A stretch of 61,048 bases of DNA from an uncultured Verrucomicrobiota bacterium (GTDB lineage Bacteria > Verrucomicrobiota > Kiritimatiellia > RFP12 > UBA3636). The number at the start of each line of letters is the position of its first letter. Within the stretch, counting starts at the first letter, position 1. The notes below the pieces were generated by a model. It saw nothing but the letters and a program-made list of their open reading frames with translations. It ran no database searches and was not told the DNA's origin. The stretch is from NCBI GenBank assembly GCA_946624575.1, contig CAMOSH010000002.1, positions 1 through 61,048 of the forward strand. The letters run 5' to 3'. Shown here one piece after another: positions 1 through 8,368 of this stretch. The position numbers and the translations under genes are program-made.

Positions 1-180
1 GCAAACACGAAATTACCGAAAATTTAGTATGTGAAAACACGAAATTTTTGCGTGGGAATGCGGCAAATACTACACTTTCCAAAAAAAATTGCAAATCTCG
101 ATTTCCGGAGTGTGTGACCAAACTTTGTCAGAACGCAAAGGACGCAATCGCGCGGGCCGATGTGTCCTGGGCCTCGCCCA

Positions 181-212
181 GTTGAAAGGTTGAAAAGTTG
201 AAAGGTTGAAAA
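181..212. repeat. Tandem 8-bp repeat GTTGAAAG/GTTGAAAA, 4 copies
   Basis: Read directly as gttgaaag gttgaaaa gttgaaag gttgaaaa. The reverse-complement word CTTTCAAC recurs as a 6-copy array at 54655-54702. Confidence 0.9.
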
Positions 213-268
213 GTCTTTTGCGACTAAACAACCTTCAACCCTTCAAACTCCCTTGGTTGCTATCGCTC

Positions 269-476
269 AACACGGAGGAAACGGAGAGACGGAGACACGG
301 AGAAATGAGTTTTGGACACATAATTGACAGGATTGACAAGATTTTTTTAGCTACAAAGGACATAAAGGACACAAAGACTTCTCTGCGAACTCTGCGTTCT
401 CTGCGGCTGAAAGCCTTCAAACTCCCTGCATTGCCATTTCCTCTCCGTGCCTTCGTGCCTCCCTGCTCTCCGTGTT
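269..476. repeat. Imperfect long inverted repeat built from CACGGAG/CTCCGTG words around an AT-rich stuttering spacer
   Basis: aacacggag (269-277) pairs with ctccgtgtt (468-476), and cacggaga (296-303) pairs with tctccgtg (442-449). The spacer contains attgaca x2, aaaggaca x3 and tctctgcg x3. The direct word cttcaaactccct occurs at 241-253 and 415-427. Confidence 0.7.
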
Positions 477-721
477 AGGCAAAAGCAAAAATGGCCAAAA
501 GCAGTGGACTGAAAATGGCGGCTTGTGGCATAGCCGCCAACGGCGGCGTTCGATGCCACGGCCGCCATTTTCCTGGCGCTCTTTGCGTTCCGTTGCATGG
601 ACAGTTTCTGGTCGCACCCGCAGCATCGTGCCAGGTTGATTCGCGCCATGCCATGTGGTATGGTTCCGCCACCGCTCCGACCATCGGAGAAAGGTCAACT
701 CTCACGATTCTGAACGTCACA

Positions 722-2878
722 ATGAACAAAAAATCACGACTGTCCACAGCCGTCGCGTCGGTCGTCGCCGCGTTTGTCCTCTGCGCACCCGCGTCAGGCA
801 CGTCCGCCTTCTCCGTCCACGGCTGCTTCGGCGACCACATGGTCCTGCAGCGCGACAAGCCGGTGCGCATCTCCGGCACCGCATCGCCAGGGACCGAGGT
901 GCGCGGGAGCTTCCGCGGCGCTTCCGTCGCGGTCGAAGCCGAGCAGGATGGCGAATGGACGCTAGAATTCCCCGCCGGAAGCGCCGGCGGGCCGTTCGAA
1001 CTCGTCATCGACGCCCGCTCCGCCGTAATCTTCCACGACGTCATGGTGGGCGAAGTATGGTTCTGCTCCGGGCAGTCGAACATGGAATACCCGGTGTGGC
1101 ATCCAGGCCCGTTCTGGGGACTGCCGGACGGCGAGGCCGTCGCCGCGGACGGAGATGCCGGCATCCGGCTTTTCCTTACGCCGCACGCGGTCGCGCCCGA
1201 CGGCCCGTGCGACGAGCCGCCAGGCCGTCCCGTCTGGCGTCTTGGCAGCGACCCGGCCGCCGTGAAGCCCTTCAGCGCGGTCGCCTGGTTCTTCGGGCGC
1301 GAACTGCGCCGCCGCCTCGGCCCCGACGTGCCGATCGGCCTCGTGCAATCGGCCTGGGGCGGCACCCGCATCGAGCCCTGGATTTCCGAGACGACATTCG
1401 CCGCGGCGTCGGAAACTGCACCGCTTGAGGCCATCGCATTCGCCAAGGCGGCGACTGGCGAAGAGTCCAAGGCCAGGATGGAGGAGCTCCGGCGCAAAGC
1501 CCGCGAAGACCTGGAAAACTGGCTGCGCGACAAATACTTTGCCCCCTTCGCGCAAGTCTCGGCCAAGGCTCTTGCGGAATGGGCCAGGCCCACGCTTCCC
1601 CCGGACGAGGAGGCGCAGTGGAAGCGCTGCGCCATGGGCGCCGGTGGCGGTCTTTCCAAAGTGGGAGTCACGTGGCACCGCCGCGAATTCGTCCTGCCCG
1701 AGGACTGGGCCGGCAAGGAAGTCGTCCTGCGCATCAAGACCCTGGACGACTGCGACGAAACGTTCCTCGACGGAGCCAAGATTGGAGAAACTGGAATCTC
1801 CACGCCGCAATACTGGGCACAGGAACGCGTCTATCGCGCGACCCTTTCCGCGACGGAAGGCGGCCGCCACGTGCTCGCCATCCGCCACCAGAACCACTTC
1901 ATGGTAGGACGCATCGCGGGACCAGTCACCATCACGCTGGCCGACGCCGACGACGCGAAGGTGACGCTTGACGGCGGCGAGTGGGCCGAGCGCGTGGAGT
2001 TCCACGTCGATCCCGCCTTCGCCGGAGTGCGCCCGTCCGCCGAAATGTTCGGCGCCGACCCGCGCACGTCGCAGCAAACCCCATCCACGCTCTTCAACGC
2101 CATGGTCGCCCCGTTCGCCCGCTACCCGATGCGCGGCGCGATCTGGTATCAGGGCTGTTCCAACGCCGGAAATCCTGACAAATACCGCGACTGGCAGCGG
2201 GAAATCGTCGAGGACTGGCGCAGGGTCTGGCGCGACCCGGGCTTCGTGTTCATCGGGACGCAGCTCGCGGCATTCCGCGCCCACCGCCCGAAAGAGCCCT
2301 TCCCCGACGACTTCTGGAAAAACGACACGCCGGAGAGCAATCCCGGATTCGCCCCGATCCGCGATTCGCAGACCGTGCTCTGCGACATTCCCGGCTGCGG
2401 ACTGGCCTGCGCGATCGACGCCGGCAACCCCGCCGACATCCACCCGTCGCAAAAGCGCGTCGTCGGCGAGCGTCTGGCGCACGAGGCGATGCGCCTCGCC
2501 TACGGCGACGCGGCGGCGCTGCCGGGGCCGCGCGGCGCCGCCGCGACGGCTGACGCCGACGGCACGGTGCGCGTCGCTCTGCGCGACGCCGGCGAGGGGA
2601 TCGAACTGCGCGGCGACGCTTCGGCGGCGGCGCATCTCTTCGCGCTCTTCCGCGAAGACGGCACGGGCGAATGGGCCGACGCCAGCCTCGGCGAAGACGG
2701 CGTTCTTCGCGTCCGCGCGCCCGGCATTGAGAGTCCCGTCCGCGTCGAATACGCCTGGAGCGCCTATCCGCCCGCCCCGTGCCTCTACCGCAAGGGGGAC
2801 GGGATTCCTCTCTTCCCCTTCCGCCTCGAAACTGCGTCGCTGGACGCCCAGCCCCCGAAGCCGACGGCGGCCCCGTAG
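722..2878 (+). CDS. Secreted sialate O-acetylesterase-like carbohydrate esterase (SGNH/DUF303 type)
   Basis: Lies in ORF 491..2878. The internal ATG at 722 gives a signal-peptide-like N-terminus (MNKKSRLSTAVASVVAAFVLCAPASG). It carries the GQSNM block (WFCSGQSNMEYP) and WYQGCSNAG, both typical of sialate 9-O-acetylesterase-like enzymes. Confidence 0.8.
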   Translation: MNKKSRLSTAVASVVAAFVLCAPASGTSAFSVHGCFGDHMVLQRDKPVRISGTASPGTEVRGSFRGASVAVEAEQDGEWTLEFPAGSAGGPFELVIDARSAVIFHDVMVGEVWFCSGQSNMEYPVWHPGPFWGLPDGEAVAADGDAGIRLFLTPHAVAPDGPCDEPPGRPVWRLGSDPAAVKPFSAVAWFFGRELRRRLGPDVPIGLVQSAWGGTRIEPWISETTFAAASETAPLEAIAFAKAATGEESKARMEELRRKAREDLENWLRDKYFAPFAQVSAKALAEWARPTLPPDEEAQWKRCAMGAGGGLSKVGVTWHRREFVLPEDWAGKEVVLRIKTLDDCDETFLDGAKIGETGISTPQYWAQERVYRATLSATEGGRHVLAIRHQNHFMVGRIAGPVTITLADADDAKVTLDGGEWAERVEFHVDPAFAGVRPSAEMFGADPRTSQQTPSTLFNAMVAPFARYPMRGAIWYQGCSNAGNPDKYRDWQREIVEDWRRVWRDPGFVFIGTQLAAFRAHRPKEPFPDDFWKNDTPESNPGFAPIRDSQTVLCDIPGCGLACAIDAGNPADIHPSQKRVVGERLAHEAMRLAYGDAAALPGPRGAAATADADGTVRVALRDAGEGIELRGDASAAAHLFALFREDGTGEWADASLGEDGVLRVRAPGIESPVRVEYAWSAYPPAPCLYRKGDGIPLFPFRLETASLDAQPPKPTAAP

Positions 2879-3138
2879 AGCGCCGCCGGGCCAGGATTCC
2901 TCCCATTCCAGGACTACCGTCGAAAGTCCGCGCGTTCGAGAACGAACGCTCACGCGGCCCTCGACGTCGATGCCGACGCACGTTTCGCCGTCATCCCACG
3001 AAGTTCCCGCAAACGGCAGGCGGCTAGTGAAATTTTCACCGCTAGCGACAACGACGTCGGGAGTCCTGAAACAATTCGCCGAGCTTAGAGGCGACTTCTT
3101 CGACATGGTGGATTTCATCCTAAATGTCGCAGTTGAAG

Positions 3139-3289
3139 TCTCACACAGAGGCACGGAGAACATTGGAAAATGGCTTTTGAAACCTTTGAAATCGCATGCG
3201 AGGCTTTCACCCAAAAGGTGCATTGAAACTGGGAACCATGTGCATCCATAAAACCATCAATCTCTGTGCCTCCGTGCCTCTGTGTGAGA
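3139..3289. repeat. Perfect 20-bp inverted repeat with 111-nt spacer (MITE-like or structured element)
   Basis: tctcacacagaggcacggag (3139-3158) is the exact reverse complement of ctccgtgcctctgtgtgaga (3270-3289). It shares the 10-mer ctccgtgcct with the inverted repeat at 443-452. Confidence 0.85.
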
Positions 3290-3390
3290 AAGTCTGTTCG
3301 TGTCAACTGCGTTTTTTAGGTTCATGGGGGCTTCCTATGCAAAATGCGCCACAGTGTCAAGCATTTTCAGAAAAATTTCGGAAATGGCCC

Positions 3391-3419
3391 TTGCCAGTTG
3401 CAACAAGTGCCACTACAAT
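3391..3419 (+). promoter_or_regulatory. Candidate sigma-70-like promoter of the STAS/phosphatase operon
   Basis: ttgcca (3391-3396), a 17-nt spacer, then tacaat (3414-3419), about 90 nt upstream of the STAS ATG. This is a consensus match only and promoter rules for this phylum are not verified. Confidence 0.35.
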
Positions 3420-3509
3420 CGCCCGCGCCGACAAACACGCCAGCAGGGCGCGCGCGTTCACGGGGCGGTGCCCGGGAGGCGCCATGCCCGATTTTCCAGG
3501 AGCAACACA

Positions 3510-3806
3510 ATGCAAATAACGAAAAACACCGCCAACGGACGCCTTTCCATGGCGCTCTCGGGCCGCCTCGACACCAATACCGCGCCCGAACTCGAAGAGG
3601 AACTCAAGCTCGACGGAGTGAACGAAATCGTCTTCGATTTCGCCGAACTCGAATACATATCGTCCGCCGGACTGCGCATCCTCATGACGGCGCAAAAGGC
3701 GATGATGGCCTGCGGCGGCAAGATGACGATCGAACACCCCAACGACATGGTCAAGGGAGTCTTCGACATGACCGGACTGAGCACGGTGTTCACGATCGCG
3801 CCATGA
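3510..3806 (+). CDS. STAS-domain anti-sigma-factor antagonist (RsbV/SpoIIAA family)
   Basis: AGGAG lies 7 nt upstream of ATG 3510. The product is 98 aa with a conserved phosphorylatable serine context (ELEYISSAGLRIL). It is the in-frame tail of ORF 3300..3806. Confidence 0.85.
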   Translation: MQITKNTANGRLSMALSGRLDTNTAPELEEELKLDGVNEIVFDFAELEYISSAGLRILMTAQKAMMACGGKMTIEHPNDMVKGVFDMTGLSTVFTIAP

Positions 3807-4546
3807 ACCGCCGCCGCGAACCGTCCGCATTCAGGGCCGCGGCGCTCGCCGCGGCCCTCCTGTCCGCCGCGGGCGCGGGCTGCTCGCGCGATCGCGCGGA
3901 AGTCGCCGCGACTCCGGGCGCGGACGATTCGCCTCTCGTCATCCTCACGACGACCCACACGCCGCCCTACTCCTACCCCGACGAAAAAACCGGGGAAATC
4001 GTGGGAATCGAAATCGACATAGCGCGCGCCGCCGCGGCCAAACTCGGCCGCAGGCTCGAAATACGCAAGGCGAAATTTCCCGAACTGCTGCCGCTCGTCA
4101 GCGAAGGAAAGGCCGACATGGCGGCGTCCGGGATCACGATAACAGAGGGCCGTCGGCAGGCCGTGGACTTTTCCGAGCCATACGCGACCGAAGGCGGGAT
4201 GTTCCTCTACCGGGCAGAGGAACCGATGCCGAGCATGATACGAGCCGAGACGCTTCGCGTCGGCACCATCGACGCCTCGACGTACGATTTCTATCTTACG
4301 TCGCACGACGTGGACCCCATACGCTACGACTCCTTCGAAAACGCAAAAAAGGATCTTGAGGACGGGAAGCTTGACGCCGTTTTCTTCGACAGCTGCGCGG
4401 TGAAAATCGTCGCCGGGGAATCGGGCGGCACCCTGGCCGCGTCGCGGCTTGAAACGCGCGAAAACTTCGGCTTCGTCGTCAGGAAGGGCAACGTTGCGCT
4501 GAAGGCGGCGCTCGACGAGGTCATCGTGGAGAGACAATTCAAATGA
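3803..4546 (+). CDS. Periplasmic solute-binding lipoprotein, amino-acid ABC type (SBP family 3)
   Basis: Its start shares an ATGA overlap with the STAS stop codon. It has a lipobox-like LSAAGAGC and SBP_bac_3-like blocks (GIEIDIARAAA, ASGITITEGRRQAVDFSEPY, DAVFFDS). Confidence 0.8.
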   Translation: MNRRREPSAFRAAALAAALLSAAGAGCSRDRAEVAATPGADDSPLVILTTTHTPPYSYPDEKTGEIVGIEIDIARAAAAKLGRRLEIRKAKFPELLPLVSEGKADMAASGITITEGRRQAVDFSEPYATEGGMFLYRAEEPMPSMIRAETLRVGTIDASTYDFYLTSHDVDPIRYDSFENAKKDLEDGKLDAVFFDSCAVKIVAGESGGTLAASRLETRENFGFVVRKGNVALKAALDEVIVERQFK

Positions 4547-6225
4547 CGCCAGATTCGCAGCGCAGGCTCAAGTGGCGGCTCGTGGGAGCCGTGGCGATCG
4601 CGTTCGCGGCGTCGATGGCTCTCACCTGGATGCTTCACGAGAAGATGACGCGGCGCGAAACGCGCCGGCTTTTCGACAACGTGTTCAGCGACGTCGCCGT
4701 CGACATACGCGAGCGCGTCGACGCGCGCATGTTCCGGCAGGCGATGGCTGTCCGCGACAAGTTCTACGAAATGCGCGAAGAGCCGTGGTGGAACGATCCG
4801 GACGAATCAAGCCGCCGACTGAGGCTTCTCGCCGACGAGCTTGGCGTCGACGAAATCTGCATAGCCGACGCCGACGGGCTTCTCTCCCACAGCGCGCGAC
4901 GCGAAGAGGTCGGGGCCCTTGACTTCTCGAAGGACAAGGGGCAGGCCGGGGAATTCGCGTCGCTTCTCACGGACAAATACGAGCTGTCGCAGCCGCTCAT
5001 GCCAAACTCCCTTCGCGGGGAGATGGTGAAATACGTGGGCGTGTGGATCCCGGACGGCGGATTCGTTCAGGTTGGAGGCCGGGAAAAATCGGTGCGCAAC
5101 CTCTCGCGCACCGCGCTCACGGGGCTAACGCACGGCTGGCACGTGAGCGGCGACGACGGCGGCATATACATCACCACCGGGAACGGCACCATCATCTCGC
5201 ATCCCGTGGCCGGCCGCGAAGGCGGCCAATGGTGCGAACCGGACGGCGACAACTACTGGGAAAAGCGCATGATCGAGGGGTTCCCGGTGTACATCGTCAT
5301 ACCGCGGCGCACCGCGATCGTCGAAAGGCGCGTCCTCGTGACAATTTCCGCGTTTCTCAACGGAATGGCCCTGGTGCTGGCCTCCCTTCTCGTGGGAATC
5401 GTCATTTCGCGATACGTGCGCGACCAGATCGCGGTGCGCAGGAAGAAGGAGATGGCGATGGCCGCGGAAATCCAGGAAAGCTCGATTCCGCGCGTGTTCC
5501 CGCCGTTTTCGGAAGAGCGCCGCATGGACGTGTTCGCGTCCATGCGCACGGCCCGCGACGTCGGCGGCGACTTCTACGACTTCTACTTCTCCGGGCCGTC
5601 CAGGCTGACGTTCCTCGTGGCGGACGTGAGCGGCAAGAGCGTCCCCGCCGCGCTTTTCATGATGCGAGCGAAGGCCACGATAAAGGGCGCGGTGCAGACC
5701 GGACTCCCGCTGGACAAGGTGGCCGAGAGCGCGAACGACGCATTGAGCCGCGACAACGACGCCTCGATGTTCGTCACCGCCTGGATTGGCGACATCGACC
5801 TGACGAACGGCGTCGTGACCTACGTCAACGCCGGGCACAATCCGCCGATACTGATTTCCGGCGGCGGGGGCACGCGCTACGCGCGCGAACTCTCCGGCCT
5901 GATGTTCGGGGCCATGCCGGGCATGAAGTACAAGTCCCACACGCTCCGCCTTTCGCCCGGCGACGCGCTGTACGTCTACACCGACGGCATCACGGAGCAG
6001 CCCGACACGAATGGCGCGCTGTTCGGCGAGGATCGGCTGATCGGGACGATCGAAAGCATCCTCGCGACCGGCACGAAGCCCCTCGAACGCGACTCTTCGA
6101 GCATGCTCGGCGCAATCTTCGCGGCCGTCATCGCGCACGGCGCCGGGGTGGAGCAGGCCGACGACTGCACGCAGCTGGTGCTGCGATACAACGGGGACGC
6201 CGGCGATGGCGGGAATCCCGCTTAG
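4543..6225 (+). CDS. Membrane sensor PP2C/SpoIIE-family serine phosphatase (RsbU-like)
   Basis: Its start shares an ATGA overlap with the SBP stop codon. Two hydrophobic segments flank an extracytoplasmic region of about 230 aa. PP2C blocks are present: DVGGDFYDFY, FLVADVSGKSVPAALFMM, NAGHNPP, YTDGITE, ADDCTQLV. Confidence 0.85.
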   Translation: MTPDSQRRLKWRLVGAVAIAFAASMALTWMLHEKMTRRETRRLFDNVFSDVAVDIRERVDARMFRQAMAVRDKFYEMREEPWWNDPDESSRRLRLLADELGVDEICIADADGLLSHSARREEVGALDFSKDKGQAGEFASLLTDKYELSQPLMPNSLRGEMVKYVGVWIPDGGFVQVGGREKSVRNLSRTALTGLTHGWHVSGDDGGIYITTGNGTIISHPVAGREGGQWCEPDGDNYWEKRMIEGFPVYIVIPRRTAIVERRVLVTISAFLNGMALVLASLLVGIVISRYVRDQIAVRRKKEMAMAAEIQESSIPRVFPPFSEERRMDVFASMRTARDVGGDFYDFYFSGPSRLTFLVADVSGKSVPAALFMMRAKATIKGAVQTGLPLDKVAESANDALSRDNDASMFVTAWIGDIDLTNGVVTYVNAGHNPPILISGGGGTRYARELSGLMFGAMPGMKYKSHTLRLSPGDALYVYTDGITEQPDTNGALFGEDRLIGTIESILATGTKPLERDSSSMLGAIFAAVIAHGAGVEQADDCTQLVLRYNGDAGDGGNPA

Positions 6226-6235
6226 AGGTGACGCA

Positions 6236-8368
6236 ATGAACAAAAGATGGAAGACTTTCGCCCGCGTGGCGGCTGCGGTCTACGCGGCGCTGTTGGTGTT
6301 CTCGTGGAACGCGCTCACGGATCGCGCCAGACGCCAGACAGAATCCATGCTCGACTACGCGATGCTGGACCTCGACGCGACGCTCAACGGGTCGATCGAC
6401 ACGATGCTCATGCACACGGCGATGTCGATCATAGAGCAGCTCGGAACCCCGCGCAGCCTCCCGCAGGACGAGATTTCGCTCATCGCCCGGCAGCGCGACC
6501 TGGACGAGGTGAACATCATCGCGCGCGACGGCACCATCCTCGCCTCCAACGACGCCGCGCTCGTCGGCGACAACATGGGGAACAAGCCCAAGTCGGCGGA
6601 GTTTCTCGTGCTCACAAACGGGGTCAGGCAGGCGCTGTCGCACCATTTCCGGCGCGGCGCCCACAATCCCGAGGTGCGCCGCAAATACGTCGGCGTGGCG
6701 TTCCCCGGCGGCGACGGATTGGTGCAGGTCGGGATCGACGAGTCGCGCGTCATCGGGATGTTTCCCTCGATCATGGGCTTCATATTCGACGAATGGCTTC
6801 TGGGGGAAAAGGGCTTTTTCCTCTGCGCCAACATGTTCGACGGGCACCTGATATCGAATCCCGCGCGCCACCGCGACGAGGCTCGCTTCCTGGCCGAGAC
6901 CGGATATGACGTGGAAAATCCCAACATCGTCGAAGACGGCGAAACCACGTTCCGGATGCGCCTTTTCGGCGACCTGTGCGACTGCCGCGCCAGATTGTTC
7001 TGCGGCCACCGCATCGTCGCGGCCCTCCCCCCGGCGGAATACTACTCGACACGCACTTTCTACGTCCTCCTCGTCGCGGGGGTGCTCGGTCTCGTCATGC
7101 TCGCGTTCGTCATCCTGGTGCGGCGCATCGACATCTCCTCCGGACGGCTTCAGGCGTTTTACGCCGCCGAGGACGACCGCCGCGCAAAGGAGTTCGCCAT
7201 CGCGTCGACGATCCAGAACGCCGCGCTACCCGGCCCGCTGCCGCCAAGCGAAGAATTCTCGCTCGCGGCCGAGATGAATCCCGCAAAGGAGGTTGGCGGC
7301 GACTTCTACGACTACTTCCGGCTGGACGACACGCACTTCGCGTTCCTGGTGGCCGACGTTTCCGGCAAGGGCGTGACAGGCGCGCTGTACATGATGACCT
7401 CGAAGACCCTGATCAAGGACACGCTCACCACCATCCACGATCCGGCCGAGGCCCTCACCAAGGTCAACGGAGAACTGTGCGCGAACAACCCGGCCAACAT
7501 GTTCCTCACCGCATGGGTCGGTGTGCTGGACCTGGAGACCGGCGTCGTGACCTACGCCAACGCGGGGCACAACCCGCCAGTGAAGGTCGAAGGCCGGAAT
7601 ACGGAATTCGTCACGCCGAAGTCCGGGCCGGTCCTCGCATTCATGGACGGCTTCCGCTACAAGTCGTTTTCCCTGCGCCTGGCCCCGGGCGAATCGCTCT
7701 TCCTCTACACCGACGGCGTGACCGAGGCCCTCGACGCCTCCGGCGCGCTTTTCGGCGAAGACAGGCTGCGCGACGCGCTCGCCGCCTCTCCCAACGGCGA
7801 CCCAACGTCCCTCTGCCGGGTCGTGCGCGCCGTGGTGAGCGCGTTCGCGCAGGGGGTCGCGCAGGCGGACGACATCACCGTTCTCGCCGTTCGCCGCAAC
7901 GGCGGCGACCATGGCGCCGGCATGTCACGTTCATTCCCGGCGACGCAGGCCGGAATCGCCGCAGCCAGCGCGTTTCTCGACGAGGTTGCCGAGGCGGCGT
8001 ACGGCAAGGCGGCGGACGGATTCCCCGTCTCCGCGCTACCCACCCTTCACGTCGTTCTCGACGAAGTCGCGGCCAATGTCGTGATGTATTCCGGCGCCAA
8101 GGACTTCGAGGTCCGAGTCAGGGCGATCATCGGCGAGGACGGCACACGTGAGGCCGAAATCGCAGTGTCGGACAACGGAGTCCCGTTCGACCCGCTCGCG
8201 CATTCCGATCCGGACACGACGCTGCCCGCGGCCGACAGGCCGATTGGCGGGCTTGGCATCATGATGGTGCGCAAGATGTCGGATTCGATTTCCTACAAAC
8301 GCGACGGAGACCGCAACGTCCTCGTCGTCCGCTGCCGCGAAAAAAAATCCCGCCCGCGCGCTACATGA
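6236..8368 (+). CDS. Membrane sensor PP2C/SpoIIE phosphatase fused to a C-terminal HATPase (RsbW/SpoIIAB-like anti-sigma kinase) domain
   Basis: GAGGTG lies 6 nt upstream of ATG 6236. It has an N-terminal TM segment, a sensor region and a second TM segment. PP2C blocks are EVGGDFYDYF, FLVADVSGKGVTGALYMM, NAGHNPP, YTDGVTE and ADDITVLA. The tail is HATPase-like (VLDEVAANVVMY...VSDNGVPFDP...GGLGIMMVRKMSD). Confidence 0.8.
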   Translation: MNKRWKTFARVAAAVYAALLVFSWNALTDRARRQTESMLDYAMLDLDATLNGSIDTMLMHTAMSIIEQLGTPRSLPQDEISLIARQRDLDEVNIIARDGTILASNDAALVGDNMGNKPKSAEFLVLTNGVRQALSHHFRRGAHNPEVRRKYVGVAFPGGDGLVQVGIDESRVIGMFPSIMGFIFDEWLLGEKGFFLCANMFDGHLISNPARHRDEARFLAETGYDVENPNIVEDGETTFRMRLFGDLCDCRARLFCGHRIVAALPPAEYYSTRTFYVLLVAGVLGLVMLAFVILVRRIDISSGRLQAFYAAEDDRRAKEFAIASTIQNAALPGPLPPSEEFSLAAEMNPAKEVGGDFYDYFRLDDTHFAFLVADVSGKGVTGALYMMTSKTLIKDTLTTIHDPAEALTKVNGELCANNPANMFLTAWVGVLDLETGVVTYANAGHNPPVKVEGRNTEFVTPKSGPVLAFMDGFRYKSFSLRLAPGESLFLYTDGVTEALDASGALFGEDRLRDALAASPNGDPTSLCRVVRAVVSAFAQGVAQADDITVLAVRRNGGDHGAGMSRSFPATQAGIAAASAFLDEVAEAAYGKAADGFPVSALPTLHVVLDEVAANVVMYSGAKDFEVRVRAIIGEDGTREAEIAVSDNGVPFDPLAHSDPDTTLPAADRPIGGLGIMMVRKMSDSISYKRDGDRNVLVVRCREKKSRPRAT

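Noticed and set aside
206-478. 90-aa ORF reading through the repeat-rich region at the window start.
   Set aside because: It starts at a TTG inside the GTTGAAAG array. The sequence is a by-product of tandem words (RSLRLKAFKLP and similar), with no RBS and no family resemblance.
491-721. N-terminal extensions offered by the ORF track. For example 491 for the esterase, 3300/3344 for the STAS and SBP genes, 10572 for the SH3 protein, 12604 for the efflux OMF, 19451 for GH78, 52953 for tlyA, 54518 for luxS, 57174 for pcnB and 25422..27260 for the regulator.
   Set aside because: The extensions overlap upstream genes, a tRNA or repeats, and they lack family similarity. Internal ATGs give canonical N-termini (signal peptides, lipoboxes, family start motifs), often with an RBS or ATGA coupling.
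475-3223. Long minus-strand ORFs 475..1803 (442 aa) and 962..3223 (753 aa) opposite the esterase gene.
   Set aside because: Their translations are Arg/Gly/Ala/Pro-rich low-complexity sequence, typical of antisense frames in high-GC DNA. The plus-strand frame has clear family motifs (GQSNM and others) and a signal peptide.
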